Origin: Microcoleus sp.
GTDB lineage: Bacteria > Cyanobacteriota > Cyanobacteriia > Cyanobacteriales > Microcoleaceae
Direction of reading: 5' to 3'
Length of the DNA stretch: 64,000 nucleotides
Assembly: GCA_052279835.1 (NCBI GenBank)
Contig: CP181291.1
Location: 2,048,001-2,112,000, forward strand
Under the pieces are notes generated by a model, which searched no databases, had not been told where the DNA came from, and worked only from the letters and a program-made list of their open reading frames with translations. Positions 37,997 to 49,726 of the stretch are shown piece after piece (position 1 is the first letter of the stretch; each line of letters opens with the position of its first letter). Both the position numbers and the translations under genes were made by a program.

Positions 37997-38478
37997 TTTT
38001 GTCTACTCTCGCAACATAAATTTACAATCAACAATACCTATTCTACAGGCCAAATAGAAGGAATTGGGGACTTGCTCAAGCCCATGGCCAGAGAGGAGAG
38101 GTAAAGGGGTTTTAGTTAGTTCTGGAGGTTTTACCCTAAATTATTGACCATGGTGTCATGCTTCAGGGGCAAGCGGGAGTCGCGCGTGTGAAGTTAAAAT
38201 AAAACTAAGCAGAAACTCAACCAGACTGAGTAGAATGGCAAGTATAATGTTTACCCCTGCCCAAAAGCAAGGGGCTTCAGGCGTTACTGCTTCTGGAGTC
38301 GTTGACGAGCCTCTTATGTTCTAGATCAATTAGATCAATGGTGTTTGCGAGATTTTTCTGCTGACATCGGTTGATACGCCTTGGTTGAGAACTGATCTCA
38401 ACTAATAAATTTGTTAGCAAAAGTTAGCAAAAAAGTATCGAAAGCCTCACTATTAAACTATTGCTTGCACAACAATTC

Positions 38479-39015
38479 ATGCCTGTGATTGAAAGAAGAC
38501 AAAATCGTAACCTCCCCCAGATTAATGAAAACATTCGATACCCCAAAATCCGGGTGATCGATACCGATGGCGCGCAACTAGGGATATTGACTCCTTCAGA
38601 AGCACTGCGCCTCGCTGAGGAAAAAGAACTCGACCTCGTACTTGTCAGCGACAAAGCTGACCCGCCGGTATGCCGGGTGATGGACTACGGGAAGTACAAA
38701 TTCGAGCAAGAGAAAAAAGCGCGGGAAGCAAAGCGGAAGCAGCACACTGCCGACGTCAAGGAAGTGAAGATGCGCTACAAAATTGAAGAACACGACTATC
38801 AAGTGCGCCTCAAACTAGCAGACCGCTTTATCAAATCTGGGGACAAAGTAAAAGCCACGATCATGTTCAGAGGTCGGGAAATCCAACACAGTAACCTAGC
38901 AGAGGACTTGCTCAAGCGCATGGCTACGGATTTGCAAGAAATTGCCGAAGTGCAGCAAGCCCCGAAAAAAGAGGGACGTAGTATGATGATGCTGCTGTCG
39001 CCGAAGAAAGTATAG
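38479..39015 (+). CDS. infC: Translation initiation factor IF-3
   Basis: [26 protein letters not shown]; exact start codon uncertain. Confidence 0.96.
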   Translation: MPVIERRQNRNLPQINENIRYPKIRVIDTDGAQLGILTPSEALRLAEEKELDLVLVSDKADPPVCRVMDYGKYKFEQEKKAREAKRKQHTADVKEVKMRYKIEEHDYQVRLKLADRFIKSGDKVKATIMFRGREIQHSNLAEDLLKRMATDLQEIAEVQQAPKKEGRSMMMLLSPKKV

Positions 39016-39045
39016 ATATATAGTTAGTCATCAGTCATCAGTCTT

Positions 39046-39116
39046 TAGACATCTCCCAAAAAGCCTGCTCTTAACAGGCCCGATGCCTGTTCCACCATAA
39101 TTATGGGAGATGTCTA
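39046..39116. mobile_element. ~70-bp MITE with TAGACATCTCCCA/TGGGAGATGTCTA ends
   Basis: 13-bp TIR including terminal TA; relatives at ~42886-43024 (two in tandem) and ~48615-48677. Confidence 0.75.
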
Positions 39117-39206
39117 TTAGTCCTTAGTTCATCAACTGGTGACTGATAGCTGATGACTTCCGTAGTTACTCAGGAATAAGCTACCACACAGGAAAATCAA
39201 CGCTGC

Positions 39207-42200
39207 ATGGACAATTTTCAAATCAGCGGTTCAGGGGGTGTCAGACAAGGGATGCTACGATCGCTAAACCTGCGATCGGAAGAAGTAGAGCGAACCGCAC
39301 TGATGTTCCTTGTCTACAGTTTAACTTCCGTAGGGCTAATCTGGCTGGAACTCAGCACAGTAGGTCTGTTTCTAGACGAATTTGGTGCCGACAAAATGCC
39401 CTGGATTTACATAGCCAGCGCCTTCATCGGTTCCGGTTTAGGCTTTGTGTACTCCTGGCTGCAAAAAATCCTGCCCTTGCGGCGCACCGTGGTAGTCGTT
39501 CTGGGAATGATGTCGGTACCGCTATTCCTGTTTCGATTCGGCATCGGCTACGAAGATATTAAGATAGCTGGAATCAGCATCGCCTTCATTACAATATTCC
39601 TGATGTGGCTGTGGGTGGAAGCTTGTTATGTGCTCAATGACCTCAACACTTCCATCACATCCAACCAACTCTTCAACATCAGAGAAATTAAACGCACCTA
39701 TCCCCTCGTCAGCAGTGGCTATTTAGTAGCTGGAGTAGTCAGCGGATTTTCTCTACCGGTGTTGCTGCACGTAGTGGGTTTGAAAAATGTGACCCTGATA
39801 TCGGGGTTAATGGTTGCCACCGGCTCGATATTGCTGTATTACCTCACGGAAAAATACCGCCAAGCATTCCCAGAAACAGCCCATTGGACAGATGACGAAG
39901 ACGAAGACGACAATCAAGAATTTACCGCCCGCAAAGTTACAGGCCCGCTGCAAAAATACGCCATACCTCTAGTTAGCTTTTTCGTACTGGCAGAAGTCCT
40001 CTACGTCTTAGTAGATTTCCAATTTTATAGCCAGCTAGAATACCAAAACCCAGGGGATGGGGCTAGTTGGATAGCTAGCTTCCTGGGCATTTATGAAGGG
40101 ATTCAAGGGTTGTTTCAAGTGGGGACTCAGTGGTTTGCATCCAGCCGCTTGGTGGAAAGAATTGGAGTATTCGTCACAGCGATGATTCTACCCGCGGGGA
40201 TAGCGATACTGGGAGTGCTGACTCTGGGAGCATCTTTGGGAAACTTAGTACCAGTTTTTATCGGACTGGTATTTCTGAGGTTTCTAGACGAACTGCTGCA
40301 CTACACGCTGTTGGAAACGGTGAGTCCGGTATTGTTCCAACCAATCCCGGATAATATTCGATCGGGAATCCAAACTTTGGTCAACGGTGTTGGCGAACCT
40401 TTGTCCTGCGGAGTGACTGGTGTCGGCATCCTGATTCTACTGTGGGTGACAAACCATATACTCCCTCACGAAAGCGAAAATCAGTTTCACGACGAGCAAA
40501 GCTTGGTGTTTATTGCTGTCATCGTTCTGCTGTCGCTGGTGTGGCTGTTCGTGGTCTGGCTGATCCGTTCTCAATACGTCGGTTTGTTGGTCAAAAGTGC
40601 AGAACGGGGACGCTTGGGTGTCACTGACGTGGACTTGAAAGCCTTGAAACGGGCAGTAGTAGAAACTTTGGAACAGCCGGGAGGGGAAGATGACAAGCGT
40701 TCTTGTATAGAACTGTTGACCCAAATTGACCCCAAAAATGTTGGTGAAGTCTTGGCACCGATTCTGGAATCTTTGCCACCATCCTTGCAGCGCCAAAGCC
40801 TGGAAACGATGCTGCAACACCCGAACCCTGCATATTTGGAGGCTGTTCGTAACCTGAGCGACCAATCCCTGCCCCCGGAAGTGCTGGCTTTGGCCCTACG
40901 GTACATCTGGCTGACAGATGCAGAACCAAATATCGACAGTTTGCGATCGTATTTGCAGCCGACTGTGGACCCGGTAGTTCGGGGGACTGCTGCTGCTTTA
41001 ATTATGAGAAGGGGCGATCGCCAGCAAAAAGCAGAAGCTACTAATACTCTGCGACAAATGCTGACTCACAAGCAAGAGCGGGAACGTGTGATGGGGACGC
41101 GGGCTCTGGGAGAGGCTGACTATCTCCAAGGACTGCGTTTGTATATACCAAATCTGTTGCAAGATGAATCTTTGCGGGTGCGGTGCGCTCTGTTGGATGT
41201 GATTTCTTCTACTCATTCGGAAGAGTATTATCCTTCTCTGATCCGCGGACTCGGTTACAAATCGACCAGGGAATCTGCTTTGCAGGCGATAGTCAAACTT
41301 CACAATGATGCGATTGGGCTACTGGTTCATTTAGCAGAAGATATCCACAAATCGGATTTGGTGAGGTTGCAGGCCTGGACGGCTTTGGGTCAAATTGGGA
41401 CTGTAGAGGCGATCGACATTCTGGTTGGTAATTTAATCACTGCTTGGGGAACGACCAGGCGCAATATCCTCCGCATTCTGTTGAAAATGCCCTCAGAAAC
41501 GGGGATAGAAGGGGTTCTAGACCGCATCGGACGCAGTGGGGTCGAAACTCTCATTGAACAGGAGTTAATGTTTATCGGTCAAATTTACGCAGGTATGGTG
41601 GATTTGTCTGGGGTCACAACCTACGGCAACTTGTCAATGGAAGATGTCAACAGCGACTCGGAACCTGCGGCGGATACGGCTCAATTGTTGAGGCGTGCCC
41701 TGGCGGGTTTAGAGGCTGATGCTACAGATCGGTGTTTCTTGCTGATGAAGTTTCTGTATCCCCTAGATACTGTGCAAGCGGCGGCTTTTAATATCGCTTC
41801 TGGTCAACCTTCTCTGGTTGCTAGGGGATTGGAAATTTTGGACAATACTGTTGATATAGCCAGTAAGCGATCGCTCATCAACCTATTGGATCAGCATTCG
41901 GAAAGAGAAAAACTGAGCAATCTCTCGGAATTGATGGTGTACAAACCCTTAGCTCCTAGCGATCGTTTGCGGCGCTTGCTAGAATTGCGTCACTTCCTTT
42001 CGGATTGGACATTGGCTTGTTGTTTTCATTTGGCTAGGGAAGCCCGCTGGACTCTCACCGCTCAACAAACTTTGGTCTGTCTGCGCCATCCTACAGGTTT
42101 TGTGCGGGAAGCAGTGTTAGCCTATTTGAAAATAGCCTCGCCCAGGGCTTTGCTGGAATTGCTACCGAGGCTGCAAAATGACCCCGATCGTCTAGTATCA

Positions 42201-42251
42201 GGTCAAGTCGAAGAGATGATGACCCAGTTGGGCGCTGGAGGAAGAAGGTAA
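39207..42251 (+). CDS. MFS/Npt1-like membrane domain fused to HEAT repeats
   Basis: Multiple N-terminal TM helices with LFNIREIKRTYPLV, then HEAT-like repeats (LLQDESLRVR, HPTGFVREA). Confidence 0.82.
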   Translation: MDNFQISGSGGVRQGMLRSLNLRSEEVERTALMFLVYSLTSVGLIWLELSTVGLFLDEFGADKMPWIYIASAFIGSGLGFVYSWLQKILPLRRTVVVVLGMMSVPLFLFRFGIGYEDIKIAGISIAFITIFLMWLWVEACYVLNDLNTSITSNQLFNIREIKRTYPLVSSGYLVAGVVSGFSLPVLLHVVGLKNVTLISGLMVATGSILLYYLTEKYRQAFPETAHWTDDEDEDDNQEFTARKVTGPLQKYAIPLVSFFVLAEVLYVLVDFQFYSQLEYQNPGDGASWIASFLGIYEGIQGLFQVGTQWFASSRLVERIGVFVTAMILPAGIAILGVLTLGASLGNLVPVFIGLVFLRFLDELLHYTLLETVSPVLFQPIPDNIRSGIQTLVNGVGEPLSCGVTGVGILILLWVTNHILPHESENQFHDEQSLVFIAVIVLLSLVWLFVVWLIRSQYVGLLVKSAERGRLGVTDVDLKALKRAVVETLEQPGGEDDKRSCIELLTQIDPKNVGEVLAPILESLPPSLQRQSLETMLQHPNPAYLEAVRNLSDQSLPPEVLALALRYIWLTDAEPNIDSLRSYLQPTVDPVVRGTAAALIMRRGDRQQKAEATNTLRQMLTHKQERERVMGTRALGEADYLQGLRLYIPNLLQDESLRVRCALLDVISSTHSEEYYPSLIRGLGYKSTRESALQAIVKLHNDAIGLLVHLAEDIHKSDLVRLQAWTALGQIGTVEAIDILVGNLITAWGTTRRNILRILLKMPSETGIEGVLDRIGRSGVETLIEQELMFIGQIYAGMVDLSGVTTYGNLSMEDVNSDSEPAADTAQLLRRALAGLEADATDRCFLLMKFLYPLDTVQAAAFNIASGQPSLVARGLEILDNTVDIASKRSLINLLDQHSEREKLSNLSELMVYKPLAPSDRLRRLLELRHFLSDWTLACCFHLAREARWTLTAQQTLVCLRHPTGFVREAVLAYLKIASPRALLELLPRLQNDPDRLVSGQVEEMMTQLGAGGRR

Positions 42252-42380
42252 TATTGGGGATTGGGAAAACAGGGCATTGGGTATGGCAAATCAATTACTA
42301 ATTACCAATTACCAGTTAGCTCACTCGCAATCCCTTTGGCTGCTGATTTTTTAAGTTTAAATTAATCATTGCATTGCACT

Positions 42381-42857
42381 ATGTTAACCAGCGTTGAACG
42401 CCTATTATTTGTGAGGGCGGTTCCGATTTTTAAGGAACTGCGGGATGATTTTCTCGTGCGTCTAGCATCGGTAATGGATGAACTTTCCTTTCCTTCTAAA
42501 CACACAATTTTTACGGAAGGACAGGAAGGTCGATCGCTCTATATTTTGGTATCGGGAACGGTGCGCGTTCACATTGGCGATCGGGATTTGGCACAGTTAA
42601 AAGCTGGTGCTTGTTTTGGTGAAATGTCGCTATTTGATGCGGAACCGCGATCGGCTTCTATTACGGCTCTTGAACCTTGCGAGTGTTTGATGTTGACTCA
42701 AATGCAGCTCTATGACGCTATTGATGAAACACCGGGAATTGCTGTGAATATTATCCGTTTGCTGTCGCGCCGGATTCGCGAATTGAATCAAAAGTTGAAT
42801 GCTAAAGAAGCGGTTCTGTCTTTACCGGATACTGCTAAAGTTGCTGAGTTGCGATAA
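42381..42857 (+). CDS. Cyclic nucleotide-binding domain protein (no HTH)
   Basis: IFTEGQEG, FGEMSLFD..PRSAS. Confidence 0.9.
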   Translation: MLTSVERLLFVRAVPIFKELRDDFLVRLASVMDELSFPSKHTIFTEGQEGRSLYILVSGTVRVHIGDRDLAQLKAGACFGEMSLFDAEPRSASITALEPCECLMLTQMQLYDAIDETPGIAVNIIRLLSRRIRELNQKLNAKEAVLSLPDTAKVAELR

Positions 42858-42885
42858 TTGTGACTTGGTACGGGGGAATTGCTAA

Positions 42886-43024
42886 GAGACATCTCCTATC
42901 ATCCTTGTGGAGTAGGTATCCTACCCCAGAATTGATTTTTAGGAGATTTCTAATAGACATCTCCCATCATGCTGGTGGGGTAGGCAAAACAGCCTGTTCT
43001 TCACTATCTTTTTAGGAGATGTCT
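42886..43024. repeat. Two tandem GACATCTCC...GGAGATGTC MITE copies
   Basis: Same termini as 39046-39116. Confidence 0.7.
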
Positions 43025-43074
43025 CAGCAGCAAATACCGGATTTTTTTCAGAAGTCGGTTATCTCACCATCGCT

Positions 43075-43419
43075 TTAAACTAAGCGGAAAATAAACGGGT
43101 AGCGGTAGGGTAGGTTGGGGTTTTGTAAAACGTGGAGAATCGCAAAAATTGTCAGTCCCCAATGTAATAGATAACCTAGGGGTATCAGGACAAACCCAGC
43201 CAGACCGAAAGTAATGATAGTTAACACCGCAATAATGCTGCTGTAGAGCCAGACATTCAGGTGAAAATTGATGGCTTCTTTGGCGTTATCTTTGACAACG
43301 GGGTCATCCGATACTAATAATACAGCGATCGGCACTCCGATGGAAAACAATAACGTGCTCAAAAAAATTGCGCCGTGGCACAGTAGTGATAGCAGCTTCC
43401 GCTTGTCGGAGTCGTACAT
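43075..43419 (-). CDS. DUF4870 domain membrane protein
   Basis: NAKEAINFHLN, YRYPFIFR. Confidence 0.85.
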   Translation of the reverse strand: MYDSDKRKLLSLLCHGAIFLSTLLFSIGVPIAVLLVSDDPVVKDNAKEAINFHLNVWLYSSIIAVLTIITFGLAGFVLIPLGYLLHWGLTIFAILHVLQNPNLPYRYPFIFRLV

Positions 43420-43600
43420 ATTACTTTTCTCTTGAATTTATGATAAGTTTACCTTTAATCATAAATTTAGCACAGGCTATAATGGCAGTCTGGTGATGAT
43501 TCCCCTACCTTATTTCCGATCGCCGAAAACCAAGGGGTAACAAACCGCGGATTGAGCCGTGGGATTAATCTCAAATCTAAAATCTAAAATCTAAAACCGG

Positions 43601-45229
43601 ATGACCACAGAACTTGAAACCGAACTGCAAACTGCTGTTGAGCGCCGACGCAACTTTGCGATTATCTCACACCCCGACGCGGGTAAAACTACTCTAACAG
43701 AAAAGTTGCTGCTTTACGGAGGTGCAATTCATGAAGCTGGTTCTGTGAAAGCCCGTCGAACTCAGCGACACGCTACTTCTGACTGGATGGAAATGGAACA
43801 GCAGCGGGGAATTTCGATTACCTCTACTGTATTGCAGTTTGAGTATAAAAAATATCACATTAATCTGCTGGATACTCCGGGACACCAAGATTTTAGTGAA
43901 GATACTTATCGGACTCTGGCGGCGGCGGATAATGCGGTGATGTTGGAGGATGCGGCTAAGGGTTTGGAACCGCAAACTCGGAAGTTATTTGAAGTTTGTA
44001 AGCTGCGCAGTCTGCCTATATTTACATTCTTTAATAAGCTCGATCGCCCTAGCAGAGAACCTTTAAATTTGTTGGACGAAATTGAGCGAGAATTGGGCTT
44101 GCAGACTTATCCGGTGAATTGGCCAATCGGTACGGGCGATCGCTTTAAAGGTGTTTTTGACCGCCGCCAACGTAAAATTCACTTGTTCGAGCGCACTCAA
44201 CATGGTTCTCGCGCCGCTATTGATACGGTGATTGACTTGGGCGATCCGCGTATTGAAGAACTTTTGGAGTCGGATATTTATTATCAATTTAAAGATGATT
44301 TGGAACTGCTCGATGAATTATGGGATGAGCTAGATTTAGACTTGGTTGCTGCTGGAAAAATGACGCCGGTTTTCTTTGGCAGTGCGATGAGTAATTTTGG
44401 GGTTGAGCTGTTTTTAGATGCGTTTTTAGACTATGCTCTGAAACCGAATGCCCGCAAAAGCAGCGCTGGAGAACTTCCGCCAACCTATGAAGATTTTACT
44501 GGGTTTGTGTTTAAATTGCAAGCAAATATGGACCCCAGACACCGCGATCGCGTGGCGTTTATTCGGGTGTGTACTGGTAAGTTTGAAAAGGACATGAATG
44601 TGACTCACGCTCGGAGTGGTAAAACGGTGCGTTTGTCAAGACCTCAAAAATTATTTGCTCAGGATCGGGAGTCCATCGATGTTGCTTATCCTGGGGATGT
44701 GATTGGTTTGAATAATCCGGGAGTTTTTGCGATCGGCGATACGATTTACACTGGTCAAAAGCTAGAATATGAAGGGATTCCCTGTTTTTCACCGGAACTT
44801 TTTGCTTATTTGAGAAATCCCAATCCTTCTAAATTCAAGCAGTTTCGTAAGGGTATTTCGGAGTTGCAGGAAGAAGGCGCGGTGCAAATTATGTATTCGG
44901 TTGATGAGTCAAAACGGGAGCCAATTCTAGCGGCTGTGGGACAGTTGCAATTTGAGGTGGTGCAGTTCAGAATGCAGTCTGAATATAATGTAGAAACCAG
45001 CATCGATATGTTGCCTTATAGTGTTGCTCGCTGGGTTGATGGTGGTTGGGATGCCCTGGCAAAAGTGGGGCGGCTGTTTAATACGGTGACGGTTAAGGAT
45101 AGTTGGGGAAGGCCTGTTTTACTGTTTAGAAATGAGTGGAATTGTCAGCAGGTGGAAGGGGAACATCCGGTGTTGAAATTAAATGCGATCGCACCTGTGG
45201 TTTCTGGTTTGGCAAAGACCGAAAATTGA
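43601..45229 (+). CDS. prfC: Peptide chain release factor 3
   Basis: [35 protein letters not shown]. Confidence 0.98.
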   Translation: MTTELETELQTAVERRRNFAIISHPDAGKTTLTEKLLLYGGAIHEAGSVKARRTQRHATSDWMEMEQQRGISITSTVLQFEYKKYHINLLDTPGHQDFSEDTYRTLAAADNAVMLEDAAKGLEPQTRKLFEVCKLRSLPIFTFFNKLDRPSREPLNLLDEIERELGLQTYPVNWPIGTGDRFKGVFDRRQRKIHLFERTQHGSRAAIDTVIDLGDPRIEELLESDIYYQFKDDLELLDELWDELDLDLVAAGKMTPVFFGSAMSNFGVELFLDAFLDYALKPNARKSSAGELPPTYEDFTGFVFKLQANMDPRHRDRVAFIRVCTGKFEKDMNVTHARSGKTVRLSRPQKLFAQDRESIDVAYPGDVIGLNNPGVFAIGDTIYTGQKLEYEGIPCFSPELFAYLRNPNPSKFKQFRKGISELQEEGAVQIMYSVDESKREPILAAVGQLQFEVVQFRMQSEYNVETSIDMLPYSVARWVDGGWDALAKVGRLFNTVTVKDSWGRPVLLFRNEWNCQQVEGEHPVLKLNAIAPVVSGLAKTEN

Positions 45230-45620
45230 GTGAAGTAATAGTATGATTTAGCCTCAAAGACTAATAGGAAATTAATTCCGCACATGGGTGCGTCGCCCTC
45301 CGCGATGATGACTACGGGTAGGAATTCAGTGGCGACGCACCACAGCAAATACTCACAGGGGTGCGTCGCTAGGATTGGCGATCGCACCTTGGTCGGAGAA
45401 AAAAAGGGCGATCGACCTTTTTCCGCTAAAACCACTCACAAAAGCTGAGCTAGCTCTCATTTAGTTTGTATATTGTAATTATTAAAAAAAACTATATTTT
45501 TTTTCGCGTTGTTTTCGCTGCTCCCTGTGCGTTTAACAGCAATAGTTAAATGCGTATTAGCTTCTCGGCACGCAGCCAAAAGTTTTGTTACAATAGGTGA
45601 GCTGTTACAAAACGTAACTT

Positions 45621-45824
45621 ATGCTGGTTTCTATTTTAATAATTGATGTTGCTCTAGTTGCGTGGTCTTTGCACTTAATGCAGGAGGCGATCGCACAACG
45701 AGAATTTTCACTAATGCTAGCCGGCACCCTAGTTGCGGCTTCAGCAGCAGCCTTGGTAGTGGTCTACTTCCTGATGGGGTCTTGTTTGAGTCATTTGACC
45801 GAAATATCTCAACACACATACTAA
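45621..45824 (+). CDS. Small two-TM hypothetical protein
   Basis: Two hydrophobic helices around REFSLMLAG. Confidence 0.6.
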   Translation: MLVSILIIDVALVAWSLHLMQEAIAQREFSLMLAGTLVAASAAALVVVYFLMGSCLSHLTEISQHTY

Positions 45825-45925
45825 TCTATAGTACAGATGGAAAATTGCCATGAAGCCAGGAGGCGTTAAAAAAAAGGCTATAAACCTTGTCAGTCAAGGA
45901 TAAAAAATTCATTTTGCAAAAAAGC

Positions 45926-45955
45926 TTGACAAACATCGGTAAGTTAAGGCATTAT
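45926..45955 (+). promoter_or_regulatory. Putative sigma70 promoter for the tRNA
   Basis: TTGACA-N18-CATTAT with an A/T-rich upstream region. Confidence 0.5.
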
Positions 45956-45973
45956 GAAAAGCGCGAAACAAAA

Positions 45974-46046
45974 GGGGAATTAGCTCAGTTGGTAGAGCAC
46001 TACGATGGCATTGTAGGGGTCAGCGGTTCGAGCCCGCTATTCTCCA
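45974..46046 (+). tRNA. tRNA-Ala (GGC)
   Basis: 73-nt cloverleaf GGGGAATTAGCTCAGTTGGTAGAGC...CTACG-ATGGCAT-TGTAG...GGTTCGAGCC...TTCTCCA; G3:U70 pair; CCA not encoded. Confidence 0.96.
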
Positions 46047-46190
46047 TAAACAAATAACTAACGATATAATTCCGATGCGACCGGAAACGATATTAATTGT
46101 TGCACCGTTCCCCGATCGACAACGAGGTCTGAACCAATTTTTATTTGAGACCTCTTCTGAAATCCCCTTGACAACTGGCATACAGGCTTA

Positions 46191-46221
46191 ACTTGTTACC
46201 AGGAAGAGCCTGGTAACGAGT
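46191..46221. terminator. Hairpin downstream of the DUF4342 gene and tRNA
   Basis: ACTTGTTACCAGG-AAGAG-CCTGGTAACGAGT. Confidence 0.5.
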
Positions 46222-46243
46222 AACAAACCCGCCCTCTGGCATA

Positions 46244-46615
46244 CTACTCTTGCCGCTCGACAGCGATAGTCAAATGAGCGACAAATACTCCCACCGTCGC
46301 CAGTGCAGCAGCAACAGGAAATACTATCGCCCCTGCGACGCTACCCACCAATCCCGCCATCAGCGGAATGTCTGCCAGAGTCCGCCCTTGGGAGTTTTTG
46401 ATGACGAGGCGGCGGAGTTTTCCTTGTTGAACTAATTCTTTGATTCTCGCTCTTAAAGACTCGCCACTAATCTTAAACTCTTCAACTCTGACTTTTTCCT
46501 CAGTTGAAAAACCTGAAGTGAATAAAGGAGTTTCAACTGTTGTGTTTGTCGTATCGGCGACTGCGGCTGTTTCTTCTTGTAGAATAGTTACTTGTTGTTC
46601 TAGTTGTGAGTTCAT
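46244..46615 (-). CDS. DUF4342 domain protein
   Basis: EEFKISGE.L...IKELV.QG..RRLVIKN..G.TL.DIPL. Confidence 0.85.
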   Translation of the reverse strand: MNSQLEQQVTILQEETAAVADTTNTTVETPLFTSGFSTEEKVRVEEFKISGESLRARIKELVQQGKLRRLVIKNSQGRTLADIPLMAGLVGSVAGAIVFPVAAALATVGVFVAHLTIAVERQE

Positions 46616-46927
46616 TTTGTGTAATGGCGGGTGAAAACCAGCCGTTGAATTTCTATACTTTTATTTTGTGCGATCGCCACTAGCTACGACAGGCAAGGAA
46701 ACCCTACAATCTAGATTCGTACTTTCCACCCAAGCCTTTTAACTCAAAACCATATCTCTCTTCTCTTCCTCTGTGTCCTCTGCGTCCTCTGCGGTTAAAG
46801 CATTCCAGAATTGTGCATAAAGAAGCAGTATTGGCTGCCTCGACGTGCATCCAACACTAGAATTAATAGTTAGCGGTTAATGGTTAAAAATTGGCAATAA
46901 CCAATAACCAATAACCAATAACTTAAA

Positions 46928-48403
46928 TTATTTATGTCTAATTAGCTCGTAAATTTCTACATAATCTTTAGCTGGATATTTCCACGAATTATCACAATTC
47001 ATGCCTTGAACCACCAGTTTTTCAAATTCATCGTGGTAGTCATACCACAAGCCGATCGCCCGATCCAATGCTGATTCTAGAGCATAGTAGTCGCTTTGGT
47101 AGAATACATAGCCGTTGCGTACTTCTGGGAGATGGTTGGTATCGTAATCGCGATCGAACACAGTATTCACCAAACCTCCAACTCCCCGCACCACAGGCAC
47201 TGTCCCATACCTCAACCCGATCATCTGAGTCAGCCCACAGGGTTCGTAATTGCTCGGAACCACAATTAGATCCGCACCCCCATAAATTAAGTGGGAAAGT
47301 TCCTCATTAAATCCGAGTTCCAAATGGCAGTCTGGATTGTCATTTAAAAACCATTTTTCGTGCTGGAAATGCGCATTAATTCCCGCTTCTGTAGCCGAAC
47401 CTAGAAGCACAAACTGTGCTCCTTTATTGAGAGCATAGTAAAGGGCGTGGTGGACGAGATGAACGCCTTTTTGATCATCTAAACGACCAATAAAGGTAAT
47501 GATTGGCTTGTCAGCATCTCGCAGCAAAAGTCGCTCGCGTAAAGCCTGTTTAGTTTTAGCTTTTCCCGCCAAATCTTCCTGGGTGTAGTGGTGAGGAATG
47601 TAGCGATCGCTTTCTGGATTCCACACATCATAATCAATACCGTTGAGCACTCCACGGAACTTATCTTGATATAAATGCAAAGTGTGGCCTAAACCGTAGC
47701 CAAACTCACCCACATGAGCTTCCCAAGCGTGGTGTGGCGATACCGTGGTCACAAAGTTAGAGTAAACAATGCCACCTTTCATAAAGTTGATGGCAAAAGG
47801 GTTAAAATTATCTTGGAGGCGATCGTACTGAAAATAATAATCCTCTCTATTCAAACCCGTTGCTTGCAGAATTTCGCTACCACCCATACCTTGATGTTTG
47901 AAATTGTGAATGGTATAGCAGACTCGCTGATTTTCCATCCAATTATATTTGTAAATTTCAAATAACATGACAGGCACCAAACCAGTTTGCCAATCGTGAC
48001 AGTGAATAATATCAGGGCGTTTGTTAGCTCTGAGTAAAAATTCCAAAGCGGCTTTGCTGAAGAAAGCAAACCGCATATTGTCATCATTGCAACCGTAATA
48101 ACAGCCACGGTTAAAAAAGTTATCTTGAGAACGAGGTTCAATGAAAAAACATAACTGGCCATGCACCCAGCCACAAAAAACATCACAGAGGATTTCGCCA
48201 CCGTACCAAGGGACTGGGAGATCCCGATAGGCATCGTGCAATCCCCAAATGTGGTCATACCTCATGCAGTCGTACTTGGGTAGAATAATCTCCACTGCAT
48301 GGCCTGAATTCTGCAATTGGCGACTCAAACCATAAACTACGTCGCCCAAGCCTCCTGCTTTGATGACAGGGGCGCATTCCGAGGCAATTTGTACGATGTA
48401 CAT
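46928..48403 (-). CDS. glgA: Glycogen synthase
   Basis: KAGGLGDV, HCHDWQ, NGID, PSNYEPCGLTQM. Confidence 0.96.
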   Translation of the reverse strand: MYIVQIASECAPVIKAGGLGDVVYGLSRQLQNSGHAVEIILPKYDCMRYDHIWGLHDAYRDLPVPWYGGEILCDVFCGWVHGQLCFFIEPRSQDNFFNRGCYYGCNDDNMRFAFFSKAALEFLLRANKRPDIIHCHDWQTGLVPVMLFEIYKYNWMENQRVCYTIHNFKHQGMGGSEILQATGLNREDYYFQYDRLQDNFNPFAINFMKGGIVYSNFVTTVSPHHAWEAHVGEFGYGLGHTLHLYQDKFRGVLNGIDYDVWNPESDRYIPHHYTQEDLAGKAKTKQALRERLLLRDADKPIITFIGRLDDQKGVHLVHHALYYALNKGAQFVLLGSATEAGINAHFQHEKWFLNDNPDCHLELGFNEELSHLIYGGADLIVVPSNYEPCGLTQMIGLRYGTVPVVRGVGGLVNTVFDRDYDTNHLPEVRNGYVFYQSDYYALESALDRAIGLWYDYHDEFEKLVVQGMNCDNSWKYPAKDYVEIYELIRHK

Positions 48404-48685
48404 TTTTCGTGTTAACTCCTAGGTGAATCAAAAATATTTTCTTAATTGGACAAATTATATAATTTTTAAGTAAATAAGCAAGTCGGCCATTGGAAATAAA
48501 AAGCTCCCCCCCCGATGGTTGGGCAGTTTAAACCGCTTAAAAGTCAAACAAAGACGACTGCAAGAGAACTTAGTAAATAAACGGGTATTTCAGCCGGAAT
48601 GACTACTTATTAATAAACATCTTCCGAAAAGCCTGTTAAGAACAGGCAGGATGCCTGTTCCACAATAGTTATGTCTAACTAAGGA

Positions 48686-49726
48686 CTATCGATCGAGCTT
48701 ACGCTGAATTTGCTTCAAAGATTGGTACATTTCTGGGAGGCGGTTGTAGACAGCGGCGGCTTTGAGAAATAGTTTGTGGGGAATTGCCGGCACACCAGTC
48801 ACGATCGCGCCTGGTGCCACATCACTATGAATTCCGGCTTTCGCTGTGGCGATCGCCCCATCTCCAATTTTAGCTTGATTAGCAATCCCGACTTGACCAG
48901 CCAAAATCACATTATTGCCAATTTTGACCCCACCAGCCATGCCAACATGAGCAGCAAAGGCGCAATTTTTCCCAACTTGACAGCCATGACCGACGTGTAC
49001 TAGATTGTCAATCTTGGTATTTTGACCAATGCGGGTTTCTCCAACAGCCGGTCTGTCAATGGTGCTGTTGCAACCCACCTCAACGCCATCTTCCAAAACA
49101 GTGCACCCAGACTGCTCCATTTTCACCCACCCTGTCCCTGTCGGCACGAACCCAAAACCTTCGCTCCCGATCGCCGCACCGCTATGAATCACGCAATTTG
49201 CCCCAATGCGAGTACGTTCGTGAATCACACAGTTAGCGTGTAAAACAGTGCCAGAGCCTATTTCCGCATCTGGGTAAATTACCACATTGGGATGAATGCA
49301 AACATTGCTGCCAATTTTCACTCCTGGTTGAATCACGGCGTGGGGGCCTATATAGACATTTTCACCAATTTGTGCGGTGGGGTGAATGGTGGCAGAGGAA
49401 TGGATTTCTGAGGTTGGGCGAAACGGTTGATAAAACAGGGCGATGGTTTGAGCAAACAACAGTCGGGGATCGGGTGCGGCTATCCAAGCAATGTGGCGAT
49501 CGTCACATTCAGCCTGGAGGCTTTCATCTAAGGGCAAAATTAAGGCAGAAGCATTTGTCGAGGCTGCATGGGAGGCAAATTTCGCACCTTCTATATAACT
49601 GATTTTGTCCGACGCAGCTTCATCAACTGGGGCGGCGCCAGTAATTTCAGGATCGGTAGCCACCGACGCTGTGAGTGTGCGACTGCTGGCTAAATTCAGT
49701 TTTTCTACGACTTGGCTAAATTTCAT
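48686..49726 (-). CDS. lpxD: UDP-3-O-(3-hydroxyacyl)glucosamine N-acyltransferase
   Basis: Hexapeptide repeats, GSEGFGF, TIDR, KIDNLVHVGH, LAGQVG. Confidence 0.96.
   Translation of the reverse strand: MKFSQVVEKLNLASSRTLTASVATDPEITGAAPVDEAASDKISYIEGAKFASHAASTNASALILPLDESLQAECDDRHIAWIAAPDPRLLFAQTIALFYQPFRPTSEIHSSATIHPTAQIGENVYIGPHAVIQPGVKIGSNVCIHPNVVIYPDAEIGSGTVLHANCVIHERTRIGANCVIHSGAAIGSEGFGFVPTGTGWVKMEQSGCTVLEDGVEVGCNSTIDRPAVGETRIGQNTKIDNLVHVGHGCQVGKNCAFAAHVGMAGGVKIGNNVILAGQVGIANQAKIGDGAIATAKAGIHSDVAPGAIVTGVPAIPHKLFLKAAAVYNRLPEMYQSLKQIQRKLDR

Noticed and set aside
45974..46250. tRNA-Ala as an integration site
   Set aside because: No integrase and no duplicated tRNA 3' end seen.
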